Origin: Lama guanicoe
Lineage: Eukaryota
DNA: 64,000 bases
Direction: 5' to 3'
NCBI GenBank assembly: GCA_013239625.1
Contig: MU053561.1
Span: forward strand, 4,155,992 to 4,219,991
Part shown: positions 49,250 through 63,032 of the stretch, piece after piece
Layout: the number at the start of each line of letters is the position of its first letter
Numbering within the stretch: the first letter of the stretch is position 1
Position numbers and translations under genes: made by a program
Notes under the pieces: model-generated
The model's database searches: none
Told to the model about the DNA's origin: nothing
Seen by the model: only the letters and a program-made list of their open reading frames with translations

Positions 49250-49433
49250 CAGTGGTTCTCAAAGTGTGAGTCCTGGGCCGACAGCACATCAGCATCTGCA
49301 AGAAACTTGTCAGAGATGCACTTTCTCAGCTCCATCACAGGCCTGCTGAATCAGAAATTCTGGAGGAGGGACCCAGCTATCTATTTTAACAAGTCCAGGA
49401 AATGCTGACGCCTGCTCAAGTTTGAGTACCACT
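49250..49433. mobile_element. MER5A-like hAT MITE
   Basis: Termini cagtggttctcaaagt ... agtttgagtaccact; internal gaatcagaaattctgg. Confidence 0.85.
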
Positions 49434-52400
49434 CTGTTAAATAATCATTAAACAGGAATTATAAAGATAACCTATTATGTAAATATAAATATATGTAATT
49501 TTTAAGTATATATATGGTTTATGAACTTTAAATACCATTCCCTAAGATGCTAATCTAGTTGAGGAAACAAGACCAATGCGTAGAGAACTACAACAAACAT
49601 GACAAATTTCACACTTCTGACCCTAAACACGGGAAGGAAGGGAAGTAGAAACAGAGTAACGTTTGAGTGCCTACTATGTGTTAGCCACTGGGTTTAGACA
49701 CGACCTTTCATAGATCTAATCTAGTTAAGGAGCTTAGAGGAAGGGTCACAGCAATAGTGAGGAATCAGGACAGTTCTCCTGAAGAAGATGTTTCAGCCGA
49801 AGCTCAAAGGACTGGCAGAATGGAGGTGGACAAGGGTGAGGCAGTGACACACCGTCCACCAGCAGAGGAGCAGAGCAAGGGTGAGTGTGACCACCATCTG
49901 ACAGAGAGCTCAGGCTCAAATGCAGAGATCCCAAGCAGGGTGTGCTTGAGCAAGTTATTCTTACTTTTAGCTCTGTTTTCTCAGCTGAACAATTGAGGTA
50001 ATAGAGTTGCTGAGAGGATTAAAAGGAAATACATAAAGCTCCTGATCTCATCTTCCTATAAGCCCAGTACATAGTAAGCACTCAAATTTTTTAAATTATT
50101 ATTTTTATTAAGTGCTTGGCACACTGAAAGCATTTAATAATAAAAGTTAGCTCTCTTCCCCAGAGTCCCTTTAATACTGGGGAATAGTGTATATGTTTGC
50201 CAAGTGACTTGAGTTTGTGTTCATTTTAGGATAACCACACATCGGCTTCTCTGTTGGTACTTTTGGATTTTCCCCACTGGAACTTGAATACTCTGAGAGC
50301 AGGATTTTTTTTCTGTCTTGTTCATGGATGTGTATCACCTAGAATAGTACCCAGCACATAGAAGGCAGCCAATAAGTATCTGTAGAAAGAATTAATGAAT
50401 CTGCAGATTAGGGAACTTGACACAAATGGCCTTCCCGAGTTGTACAGATAATCAATGGTTAACTTAATCTGGAGGTCTGAGCCTCTCTCTTCAGCTCACC
50501 TGTCAATTTGTCGTTTGCACAGATTGGGTCCAGGAGGGGAAATATGGGGCCTTCCTGGCTCCTAGTTCCATGGGCGATGGGGAGCGGGGACCAGCAGCAG
50601 CAGTCACCGGCAGGTTTCCCTTGTCTGTGCATGTACAACCAAAGGGAAGGAGGCCACCTGGAACAGGTACCTATGATTGAGAGGAAAGCGACTGTTTGGG
50701 ATAAATTGTCTCCATATCTACCTTCACTTGTAACCAAGGGAACCTGATTCCAAAAATAGCTCCCCCGCCCCACCCCCCAGTTTCTGAAGTTGTTTTTCCC
50801 AGTTGGAGTGGTTTGCAGGAAGTTTGGGGAAGGGGCAGAGGGCAGGGGACAGTTTTCCTGAAAGGACAGGACAGTTAGTTGTGACTTCAAGTGTCATAGT
50901 TACACACATTTGCAGAGGCTTGCGTGCCTGCCCTTCTGAGGTAGGAGGTCCCCCTGGTGACAGCACTTCCTCTCCTGCTGGGAACTCCCCAGAAGGCAGA
51001 CACAGAGGCAGGGGTGGGGTATGTTTTGTGATCTGCAATTTGACAAATCGATTTGCAACCTCCTTCTGGCACCTTGGTTGAAGTTCCCCAGGCTGTGCTC
51101 TTGATTTTATGAACATTCAACTAGATCCTGCCAGAGCCAGCACAGCACTCCCTGGCCCAGGGCTGCTGACTGTGTTCACCGTTGAATTTTAACAAAACAA
51201 AAGCAAAGCCCAGCCCTGAGCCCTGCTAAATTAATTTCTGTTATCATGGTTGATGTCTGACATGAAACCCTTCCTGACATCTGCCATGTCTAAATTTGGA
51301 CACTACAATCAGATAGTGTGGCATAGCCCCATGCCTTTCACTGAAATCACCTTTATTTTTTCCCTCCGTTGCATAGCAATATAAATAAAAGACCACAATC
51401 CACCAAGCCACATATGTTGATTTAAAGAAAAAAAAAAACTGGGCGCTGTTTATTCCTTGGTTTATTGTTGTGTGCTCAGCGTTTTCCTACCATTGTGCTG
51501 CCTGAGCTGCCAGGGTTCTCCACCAACAGGAAGCAGGACCGTTCATTGTCGAAAGTCAGATGCCGTATATGGCTCGTTTGAAGCTGCTCTCCTTTCCTTC
51601 TCACCGCTATTACCGCAGCTTTGGAGTTTCACTTGGTGATGCCTAACAGGTGCTTTTGGGAAAGACCGTGTCTTGTGGGCTTGGGAGTGAAAGATGTTTG
51701 ACTCCACTGAAGCTCACAGAGGTTGCCCCCTCCTCTTTCCCAAACTTATTTCAAACAGTAACTTCAGAGCTGGTTAAAAAAATATCTGAAGAAAGTTTTC
51801 TTTGGGATTCACCCAAAAGCTAGACCACCCCAGAAGGCGGATAGGAATTTCCTTGGCCTCATTGTACAATAGCCTTCCTTTCTGATTTTTGTCAAGGTGG
51901 GGAGAGAGCAGCAGCAGTCAGCCTCTGCTAATGTGGACGACGTGGGCCCAGCGGTGCTGGGAGGGGCAAGGACTCTATGACAGGGGCCAGTCTGCAGAGG
52001 CCAGAGCTGTAGTTCCAACAGTCGAGTAGCCCTCAGAAGGTCCAGGCAGCCAAGCAATTCACACTCATGAATTCAAAACCTGGAAGGTGGCTACTGGCAT
52101 CTCACTATTGGGGTTTATTCCTGGCTGTACTGTTTACTAACTAGGGAAGCTGGGTTAGTAAGCTGTTTAACCTCTTTGAGCCTCCATTTTCCCATCTATA
52201 TAATGGACATAATCAAGTACCAGCATCAATCTGTGATCTTGGTGCAGATAAAATGAATAAATATACGTAGTCAGTATGGTACTTGTGCATAGGAAATACT
52301 CAATAACATAAGATATTAGTGGTAGTCATATTTAAACACTAGAATACAAGTGGGAAAGTACAGTCCAGAATCCAAGAGATTCATAAAGGTAAAGAGAAGT

Positions 52401-52869
52401 GGGAAACAGTTGTCCTAAATCCAACCAACCAAGCAAAGTGGCAAGAGTCTTCTAGCTTATGGAAGGCATGGAATCAAAAGGAGAGATTCCTTCCTCTACA
52501 GTTAGTCACTCAGCAAATATGTGCTAACCCCCTACTATGTGCCCAGTTCTCTGCAAAGTGAGGGACATTCAAAACTGGGTAAGTCACAGGTTTTGATCCT
52601 AAGGCACTCGGGCCTTCATTTGGCACTCCGCTGTGCGTCTGAATGCAGCTGACTGTCTCTCTACTGTCTTTGCGCCTCGGGGGCAGGGGGCGTGCTGTGC
52701 AAGTGGCCTCCTCCTTCCATCCCTTGGCACCAGGAAGAACTTCAGCAGTCACTGGCATGGCTCCGGCTGACAGGGTTGTGGGCACTGACCCAGTGTGACT
52801 ATTCGTTTCCTGCTCTGCCTCTGAGCTACCAAGGGAGGCTGGTGAGTGGAAATAGGAAACCCTTTGGTG

Positions 52870-53017
52870 ATCAGCACCTCTCACACTTTAATGTGCCGAC
52901 AAATCACCTGGGAATCTTCTTCAAATCTATCTTCTGACTCAGTAGGTCTGCATGTCTAATAAGCCCCCAAATGTTGCTTATGCTGCTGACCCAGGGAACA
53001 CACTTTGAGAACCACTG
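52870..53017. mobile_element. MER5A-like hAT MITE (partial)
   Basis: aatcacctggg...tgactcagtaggtctg...cacactttgagaaccactg. Confidence 0.75.
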
Positions 53018-54352
53018 GTTTAGATGTGGCTTAAAGGTGTCAAAGACCCACTGGTGGCTCTCATTTCTGAACAGGGCAGGGAATACCCTTCCTCTTGGCC
53101 CGCTCACCTGGCTTCTTTGTGGCAGTTCTCTTAATTCCAGTTACCACTTTATTGTTATTCTTTTAAGATTTTTTTTTACAGTAAGACTTGATGGTTTCTA
53201 CAATTACCAGGAGGTCACCTCTCCGTGGTCCACTGCATTTCACTGTGTTATTCCAGAACATGCAGTATCTTTGGGTCTGTGTGACATGTGTGACAAGAGA
53301 GAACATAACTTCCATCCTCCGCCTTAACATTGACAGATAATATCGCGACGGGACTGTTCCCCAAAAGCAACGACGCTACACTGACCACTGAGACAAATCA
53401 TGTCATGCTTGCTATGGAATTAAGGAGAAGGAGTTAAGGGTGAGGCAGGTCCGATAGGGCTACCAGATGGGCTGGCTGAGAGCACATCATACGGACGAAC
53501 AGAGGTTACCTTGGCCTGCTTCTTTCATCCTCCTTCAATTTTAATTGGGGACAAAAATAACATTCATATGATGTTTTGGTTAACAAAATACTTTTACATA
53601 CACAATCACACTTGATCATGAATCATAACAATCCCATGAAATAATATAATCCCCATTTTACAGATGTGGAAGGTAAAAGCCAGGCACAGTAGATATTATG
53701 TCTAGGATCAAAGAGTCAGAGAGGCACAGAGCCAAGATTCACACCCAGGTCTTCTGATTTTAAACCCTGTGTTTTTTTCACTGTACCAACTTATGAGAGC
53801 ATGTGGAATATAAGGGATAATAAATGCTACTGGCTTGGAAAATGTGAAGTCTGTGACCAGGGAGATGATATCCAGCGTTTGTCTTGTTACATTCCAGAAA
53901 TGCAGATGCAAAGAGGTGCATAAAACACTTGGCATATGGGAGAAAGAGGAGAGAGGTTGAGAACACTACTGATCAGTTTAAGGCAGAAGAAAAGCAAGAT
54001 GGGAATTGAGAAAGGGTATGTATCAAAAGACGGTGTTTAAAATTAAATTGAGAAGCAAAAAACTTGAAGAATAGTAAGCGTTACATAAATGTAAGCTCTG
54101 TGCCCGCTGCTTTCCCATGCACATTTTGTATGTTAACCTCTTTCATCCTCATAATGCCCTTTGCAATAGCGGCTTTACATATTAGGAAACAGAGGTACAG
54201 AGAGTTTGAGAGCCTTGCCCGGGGTCTCAGAGCTGGCCAGTGGCGGAGCTGTGTTTCTGTGTGTGACCCCAGAGTCTGAGCTCTTAACCACTCCAAGTCT
54301 ACAGACTGACAAGGAGAGAAGATAGAAGCCGTGGTGAGCATGTGAATCCTAG

Positions 54353-54577
54353 CCCTGCACTCTCTAACATGGCAGCTGCGCTACTAACCACATGTGGTTT
54401 TTCAAATTTAAATGAATTAATATTAAAAGGAATTTAATATTCGGCTCCTAAGACGCACTAGGCACATCTCAAGCACTCAGCAGCCATGGGTGGCCAGTGG
54501 CTGCAGTGCTGGACAGCACAGATAGGGAACATTTACATTTATATCACTGGAGAAAGTTCTATTGGATAGCTCTAGCC
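54353..54577. mobile_element. MER3-like hAT MITE
   Basis: ccacatgtgg...caagcactcagcagccatgggtggccagtggct...ggacagcacagatagggaacattt...gaaagttctattggatagc. Confidence 0.8.
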
Positions 54578-57206
54578 TAAATATAGTTATTCCTTCTCTC
54601 ATAAGTCATCTTTTCCTGTTCTTCTCTCAGTGGGTCTTATAAAACTACAACTAAAGATGGAGGGAACATAGTTTTTAGAAAGAAGCACTGACATACCTAG
54701 TATAGAGGTTTAGAAAACTCAGAGGAATCCCAGCTGTCACGGAAAGAGTGTAGAGCTAAAATAAAAATGAGTAGAGGGAGGTGGCAGAGGATGAAGTCAT
54801 TAGAATCATGGCAGCGGTGTTTCCTATCTTGAGTGGGATTAAGTTTTCAGTTTGAATGTCACATTAGTGAGTCCAGCACCGTAATAACAATTAGTGCTGG
54901 GCACTCACTGTTCTAAGTGTGTAATATGAACTCATTTAATCTCTTAGGGAGGCACTATTATTACCTCCACTTTGCCGCTGAGGAAGCTGAGGGTTAGAGG
55001 GGTTAAGGGACTTTTGCCCAAGATCACGGGACTAGTAAGTGGCAGAGCCTGATTCAAACCTGGGATGCCTAGAACCCCATTTTATCTGCTGCAGCTCCTT
55101 GACACCACAGCGTATACATGGGGATGTTTTTGTTCTTATCCTGTCCAAGAGCATCATTATTCAATCTGAACACTTAGAAGAGGTAAATTTTCTAGAAGAA
55201 CAGCTGGCAAATGTTCCAAAGTGTGTGCCAAGCCCCGTCCTCCCCATCACAATGGTGGTTGAGAGTCAGCTTATAATACTGGGGCAAGGGAATGGGACAG
55301 AGACAACAAAGCCCCCAGCAGGGCAGGGACAGGGGCCTGGAAGCTGCTGCCACTGGTTGGGGAAGCCCGCGTAGTCAACCTGTGCACACAGTATCTGTCT
55401 AGTCCCCTGTAAGCGGCCCAGTGCTGCCTGCCTTCCCGACACGAAGTCATTTCCAGTCGAACTGCTGTTAAAAAAAATCTCTCTAGAATACGAAGCAACA
55501 CTTTCATGATTTCTACCGGATTCCATCCAAGTTAACTTTTTAATAAATAAAGTGTTTTGACTTGTTCCAATCTAACCTGAGTTTTACCTGAAACATTTGT
55601 TTTCTCTCATCTCTCTGGAACAACTAAAATTCGGTGAGGATCATTATTACTGATTGATATTTAAGAATCCTGTTTATCTGATCAAGAATATTTCTCTCAA
55701 ACTACCTTGAACAGTATCAGGCTGTAACATAAATATTGTTTAATATTCCGTCTCTGCTTATGTAAAGCCCGACCTAGATGAGATGTCGCAGCAGTCAGGG
55801 TAGCCCTCAAGGTAGTGTTTACTCAGAGGGCAAGCCTGGGGTAAGAGCTAGCCGGATGCTGCAAGGAGGAAGTTCAGAGAATGTAGAAAAAGACCGTCAT
55901 TGTCCTCCTGTCCCCTCGGTCAGGTGGGGCAGACACTGGATTTAAGTCACTTGGGTGACTTGGTGGGCTGGATTTTAGTTTAGTTGTATTTGAGTTTCAC
56001 TTGATAAAGCCAGCAGCCCACTGGAATCATTAGCCAGTAGTCGCCGGCATTTCTGTATGAAGAAGACTATACAGCCAACACCTTTCTCCTAATTCTTACC
56101 AATCTCACCTCTCCTTTTCCCTGTATTTCTTTAGAAAAAGGCTGAATAAATAATACACTTTCCATTGTCTCTGTTTAAGTTACTGCTTTATCCTCACAGC
56201 CTGTTTTCCATCCCAGCTCAGTGTCCTTCCCCCAAGCTTGGTACCCCCCCGTGCATCTGCACTGCCCACCCAGCAGTATCAGTCGATCCCCACAAGTTAA
56301 CTATAACGACCTCAACAAACAGAAGACAGTGTGTTTGGCACAAAGGTATAGCCCAGTTGTCTTCCCAGAGATGAATACAACACACCTGATTCTGTCCTGG
56401 TTTGGGTTGCAGAACCCTTCCGTTAGCGCAGAGAATTAAGCATTGATTTCAAAATATATCCTTACCTGAAGGAAGTCTCTCAGGAATTTCTTAGCATGAG
56501 CTTGTTCTTATGAAATCCTTACAAGGAAAGTAATAGAGGAAATCAGAAACACTGGTGTCTAACCAGTGCGCTTCCAGGCTGACAGCCGTGCATTTCCAGC
56601 CCAGCAGCCATCTCACCAGGCGCTGCCGCAGTCCTGCCTCCCAGTCCCACCCAGACCAGACCAGGTGAGCAAGGCGGTGTTTCGAGGAGTTTCGAGGATC
56701 TGCAAGGTCCTTGGAGGTGGTTTCGCCTGGATGTCATATGGCATTTGGCTCTTGTATTTCTTCTGACAAAATCCTTGATTTTGAGAAAGTGCCATCTGAA
56801 TCCTGGCCTTGCTTTCACTGCATAATAGGATGAAAATCTTGGGAGCTGGCTTTCCTCTCTGAGAGAATTAGTATCATCTTCTAGAGCAAATGTGCTTCTG
56901 ACTTTTGCCTATTAAAAGGATGAAACTCCATTACCCTTATGGTATCATAATTTGGTTTGCAATCAGATCAAGAATTGTGAGTGTTCATTACATGATTCCA
57001 TCTGGGATGAGAACTGCCACCAAGAACAAGTATTAGCTTAAAAGCTTTTAATGAAATCTCTAGGGTTGCAGTGTTATTTCCAGATTTATGTGACATCATG
57101 CCAAAGAAGAGAATTGCAAGAGTTGGGTGTGTATATACATAGTATTTGCCCTGAAGGAGCAGGAATACAGAATTCATTTTGTTTATTCTTTCATCCGAGT
57201 GCATTC

Positions 57207-57207
57207 T

Positions 57208-57247
<40 letters not shown>
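57207..57247. repeat. (GT)n microsatellite in TSPAN2 intron 1
   Basis: About 20 GT units with one GA interruption. Confidence 0.95.
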
Positions 57248-57248
<1 letters not shown>

Positions 57249-57560
57249 GCCATGATTGCATTAAGTATTTGTAATATGTCCTGCCTGTAAAAGGTGTATA
57301 TAGATTTATTCTTTGTGTCCATGGCTGATGCATGGCACGCATCCCTGCGGGCTCAGGAATACACAGAACTGATTCTACCTCCTCAAGTTTTGTTTTGTTT
57401 TTCTGTGGGAAGGTGTTTTGCTGAGTATATTCAACACGTGTTCACACACGTGCCTTCCGAGGTGTCTGCACAGTGTTTCCCAGGTGCAGATGAATTTGAA
57501 ATGAGTACTTTGTGAAGTACTCACTCAGAGGGCTGTGAGGAGGTTGTTCACAATGGCTGC

Positions 57561-57936
57561 TGTCAGCCTGTTTAAGGTCAGGTTGCCACTAAAAAAAAAA
57601 TCCTTGCTATAGGCTGGGCGGCTTAAACAACGGGAATTTATTTCTCACAATTCTGGAAGTTGGAAGATCAAGATCAAGGTACCAGCTAATTTCATTCCTG
57701 GTGAACGCTTTCCTCCTGGCTTGCAGACAGCTGCCTTCTCTCTGTGTCCACACGAGTCAGAGAGAGCGCACGCGCACGCGGGTGTCCCTTACAAGGGAAT
57801 CCCATCCTGGGGACCACCCCCGACGACCTCATCTAAAACTAATCACCTCCTAAAGGCCCCACTTCCAAATACCATCACACTGAGGGGTGGGGCTTCAGCA
57901 TATGAATTTGGCAGGGACACGGCTCGGTCAGCGGCA
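57561..57936 (-). mobile_element. MaLR MLT1A-like solo LTR
   Basis: ggcttaaacaacgggaatttatttctcacaattctgga...aagatcaagg...ctaatcacctcctaaaggccccacttccaaataccatcacactg...tatgaattt. Confidence 0.85.
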
Positions 57937-60900
57937 CAGCCTAAACGGCACCTTTGTGAAGGCCCTCCTTTCCTTCATTTGACAAATGCCTGCTGGGAGC
58001 TGGCTCTGCGAGGTGCTTGGGGCACAGGAACATAGACCCTGCCCCTGTCCTCACACAGCTCAGGCCGTAATTTTTTTTAACTACAGAACGATTTAAACAG
58101 AAAGGGTTATATGAGACATGGAGGCAGGTTCACACCTAGGCCAAGGTAGACTTTCTAGAGAAGGTGACACCGGAGCTGACAGCTGTGAGTGGGTGCAAGC
58201 CAGGTGGAGGAGAGCTTCCGAAGCTAAGGAAATAGCTGGAGCAGAGGGGCCCAAGGAACTGAAACTGTGTGGCTAGAGCATCTGAGAACAATTAGCTGTG
58301 TCTCCAGCTAGGGAAAGGCCCATGAGCTGTCTGAGAACTTCCCTAAGTGATGCTTTTTACCCAAAAAAGGGGGCTTTCTGGTGGGTTTAGTCATCAGATA
58401 ATGGAGTAGCATGTATTTGCTGTTTGTGATCAGGGTAGCCTGCCCTCCTCTGGAAGTGAGGGGTAGGGGTGGGGGGCCACGCAGAATGGAGGACCAGGCC
58501 TAGGGAGTGATCTTTGCATTTTTGTATCCCAGCACCACCCTCCTCCAATTTAATGCCTTCCTAAGAATCATGTTTGTGATTCATGGGGAAAAAAAATTAA
58601 GTGAAAAAATATGTCTTCAAGATAAAACATTTCATCAGCAGTCCCAGGAAAGTGGAAATAAATACAGTGGGATAAAATTGAAATCCATTGACAAGCTCTG
58701 CTTCATGCTACATGACTGGTTTCTGGCAAATAGGCATCACTTTAAGGAAACTTTGTGTCCATCCACTTTGCTTTAAAAGTTTTCTAATCAGTCTATAGTC
58801 CTCCCAACCACTTTAGTTTTAGAACACACACTGTCTTCTCCAGGAACGTATGTTTGCAATTTGCAACTCTGTCCTGCAAACTCTCCGGAATATGGTTAGC
58901 TGCTGAAATAACTCACCCGTGGAAATGCATAATATAATTGAACCTGGTGACCCCCTATCTAACCATATGGATTTATATGTCATTATCTGTTCCTTTCACT
59001 GCTATCTTTTTTTTTTCTATTTTACTTCTCTCCCCTTTTTAAATAGTGCACACACTTTTGCCCTCAAAACCCTGTTGCATCATATTCTCTGAGCACCTAA
59101 CGCACAGCTGGTACTCAGAAAAGAGATGGTGATACAGAGAATGATGGCATCTGGCGTCTTCTCAGGGGCTGGTTCTGTGACGGAATTCTCACCTGCGGGT
59201 TAGAGTCCCTCCTGGGCTACCCAGGGGGATCCGCTTCTCCAGAGCCCCTGAGATCTTCTGAAGAAGGAACTGAGTATCTATGAATCCTTGCCTCCTGGCT
59301 CACAACTGATGCTCAATAAATGTATATTAAATGATTAACCTCAAAGCGCAACTCATGCTCTTATATGAAAAAGCCCATTCCTGGAAAAACACTGTTTATA
59401 ATGGTAATAGTTCAAAGGCACAGTCTAGTCATGGCAGCAGAGCAGCCTTCAGCAAAGTTCCTTAGGTGGCAGAGTGGCTCCTTTGTGTCCTCACCACTCA
59501 CCGCATCCAGCCCCCAGCACCCCTGCTCTGTCTGGCCTTCAGCCACTCAGGTCGTTATCTTTGGCTCCTCATTGTGTCTGGGGTCAGGCAGCACTCATGC
59601 TCCTGATTGTTGCCATCAAAGAGTGGCTCTCGGCTCCCCTCCCCTCAAGGCCCTGCCAGGAGCTTTCCAGGAAGGTAGCAAGCTTAGGAGAAGCTGTGAG
59701 ACACATGCCCTCTGACCTCCCCAGACATCACTCTCTCCCCAGCACCATGTTCCAGGTAAGGAAGCACAGCTGTACCCACACTGTTCCCTCTGCCTGACGT
59801 TCACCCCTCCCTGCCTGCTCAGGGACTTCCAACTCATTCTTCGAGACAGAAGTCAAAATGGAATGTCTTCTGCCTAACACTGGCTGTTGCACTTTGCTCT
59901 AATCCCTGGGAAGGGACGTGGCTCCATCAAGTGCCCTTCCTGCGTCCCATGGTTCTCGTTAGCTCACGGGATTTCTTCCATGTCAGACTGAGTCGTGTCT
60001 TTTTCACTGTTACTTCCCTGATACTTCGCACGTTACCCAGTCAGGATCATAGTTAACTCCCTGAAAGAGGGAGGCAGGGAAGGCGATGAGAGTGGGGGAG
60101 ATGAGGAGGAAAGCTGCACGTAGGGGCAGCCTCTCCGTCCTCATTTGGTTTCACATTGGCTCATGTGCACTGTTGTGTCTCAATGCAAAGGAGGGGCTGA
60201 GAGTAAAAGGAGAAGTGAGAATGGGGGAATGGGAGTGGGAGGGTCTAGTAGGGTTAAAATGAAGGACTAGAGGGGCCTGGATCCTTCTTATCAGGTCGCT
60301 CTGAGATGTCTCTTCCTGGGTGCGGGCCGCACAGAGCGATGGGATTTACTGACACTAGACTTGCTCACTTTGTTCCTGGCTGGACTGGCATTAGTGTGAA
60401 GTTTTTATAAGCAATTTCTGGTGTGTGGTAGAGCAACCAAAGTCCAGCAAACACAAAGTATTTTAAGAGCCTTGCAGGAATGGTGAGTTAAAAAAGACCA
60501 AAGGGCAATGTGGTCTCTGTCAGTGTCACTTTCCAAAGTGGTGATTGCTCTCGTCACAAGCAACCTGGGGCCTGACCTGTCTGCACCCACAGTATTCCTG
60601 CCCCGCGGGCGGCGTGCGGGGAGGATTCCCTCCACAGTGATGACACACGGCTATGCCACACTTTCCTTGACCCGGGAGGAAACCCGTGTGGTTTGGGGTT
60701 AGGGGGGCGTGGATGAGCAACGCAGATGTTCTCTCTTTACCCCATGGCTTTAAATTGCAACCTCTCTTTTAATTTTCCATCATACATCAAACACATCTGT
60801 GGCAGAAGTGGACAAATGTATTCTGTCTGGGAGGATGATCCCAGACAGCTATAAATTAGAGCTTGTGTACAGAGATGCCAAAAATGTGGCCTCGTGGTAG

Positions 60901-62929
60901 GGTGTCCCTGGGACCAGTCACCTCCTCCACAGTCTGCTCGGTGGCCTGACGCCACTGTCAATAGATTTTTGCTTTGTATCTGGAAACTCTTTCCACTGAG
61001 TCCCTGCAGAGGCGGGCCGGCCCGGGCGTCCTGTGGGGCTTGGCTGGGCACATCTGTCCCAGGCAGCCGCTGGCACCCAGAGGACCGGGCTTTCCCAAGG
61101 GCATCGCTCCTTTCCCTGCACCAGAAACAGCAATGACTTCAAAACTGGTTTCCTCCCAAACTGAAGCACAGCCCAAGAAAACTCTCCCCGCTTTTTCTGG
61201 GTCGATCAGATAAACTACCATGTAACTCTTTTACTCTTTTAAGAAGGGTAAAACGTGCTTAATGCAGGAAACTTAGCAAATATAGTGAAAAGAGAAAAGC
61301 TACGGGTAATTCTACCGTTCAAAGAGAAATACTGTGAACGCTTGAGCACGATTTCTTTCAATATTTTTCCGTGCCTTGCTACCCCTTTTAGAAATGCAAA
61401 AGTCTTTTAAAGCTGGTGGAGTCCAGTTCCTTTAGCTGTCCCTCACATTATCCAATTAGAGCTTTCCTCTAAGTACTGGAAACTTTTAGTTGTTGCACAT
61501 GAGAGAGTCCAGCTGGTAGAACTCTGCCCCTCCGGTTCCTCCTGTGGGAGTGCTGCTGCTCTTCTGAAGAATCCAGCCACGGAGGGGATGGGCCTTGGGG
61601 GATGCAGCGTGAAGAAGGAGAAAGTCCTCGTATACATCCAGCCAGATAGCCCTGGCCCTTTACAAATGGCCCCGTGGATGGAAGAATCCTGTATAAAAAG
61701 GGCTCTGATCTGACCCAACTTTGATAGCATTCTTTCTTATTAAACCTCCACCTCTCTGACTTGTGTGCTTCTGTCTTCCTGTTGCCAGGCTCTCTGTCTG
61801 CTCTTCCCTGTTGGGGCAGGGGTGACCTCTAAACTGTTGATCTGGTGATGGGCTAGGGCAGCCCAACACTAACTGGATGGGCTGGTAGGACCAGGAGGCT
61901 CTTTTCACATCTCTGCTTACTATTCCCTGGTGCCTTGAGTCAGGAAGGTACCCAGTGAATATCTGTTTGTGGCTTGATACAGTGAAATTTGAGATGGGTG
62001 TTTGTGGAGAGAGAGGGTGCCGTGGCTGGAGCCTGCTGGCAGGCCTTTGTGACAGTCCTGCAATGGCAGAAAGGGCTTCCTTCCAGCCCTGGTGCGGAGC
62101 CTCACGAAAGCCCTCAGAGCGGTGGAGGAGAGGAAGCGGGCGATGACTCTACCAGCCGTCAGCCTGCCCAGCTGCTGCCTGCGCCAGCCACTCAGCCTCT
62201 CCATGAGCCACACAGCACACAGACCATGCTTTTTCAGAAAATTATTTTTTCCTTTCTTGCTTTCCATGGAAACTCAAAATAGCAACCAAAAAAAGGAAAA
62301 AAAGAAAGAAACAAAAAAACCAGCCAGTCTCCCTCACTGCCACAAAACCATCCCCAGACAGTGCAATGATCGTGGAGGCCTGGGGGGTAGAACAGGGTTC
62401 TAGATGCCTCTAAAACAGCTTTCTAACTGGGCACTGTGCACTCAGGCAGTGTGGGCGTGTTTCCTTTCCGTTTAGATAAGAGGGTCTCCCCAGGTCTCGG
62501 AGTTTATCTTGCTCTTGGTGACCTGGGGTGTTGCTGATGAAGTCCAAAGTGCCCAGCAGGGGACAGTAAGACAGAAGGCAGATGCCTTCCTGGGCAGGGT
62601 AGGGGGGTGTCTGTTATTGGAACCCTCTCTTTGAGAATCCTCCTGAGCTGTGCTGTGTGTGACCCCTGTAACCACAAGGCAGGCTGGTGGGATGGGAGCA
62701 GTTCTAGACTTGCAGCCAAGAAACCCGGGATCTAATATCATCACGGGCCTGGGGGTGGGGGCGGCAGCTTTGAGCACATCATCCCACCCCCACTGTGAAC
62801 CGTGAAGAGGGCGCAGGCTGGTTTCTTAGGGGCCCCCTCCGCCCTCAGCATTCTGCGGTGCCAGCCCTTTCGGGTTATGCGTACACTTTCCCCTCCCTCG
62901 TAAAGGAACACGTGCTGTTTACTTTCCAG

Positions 62930-63032
62930 CTGGCTGGGTCGGCTGTCATTGCTTTTGGACTATGGTTTCGGTTTGGAGGCACCATGAAGGATTTCTCTTC
63001 AGAGGACAAGTCCCCAGAGTATTTCTACATGG
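62930..63032 (+). CDS. TSPAN2: Tetraspanin-2, coding exon 2
   Basis: tgtttactttccAG acceptor; LAGSAVIAFGLWFRFGGTMKDFSSEDKSPEYFYM-G (103 nt) continues exon 1 in frame (end of TM1 and small extracellular loop); GTGAGT donor at 63033. The remaining exons lie beyond the window. Confidence 0.96.

Noticed and set aside
57502..57523. Perfect hairpin tgagtactt-tgtg-aagtactca
   Set aside because: A 9-bp stem is expected by chance in 64 kb; no supporting context.
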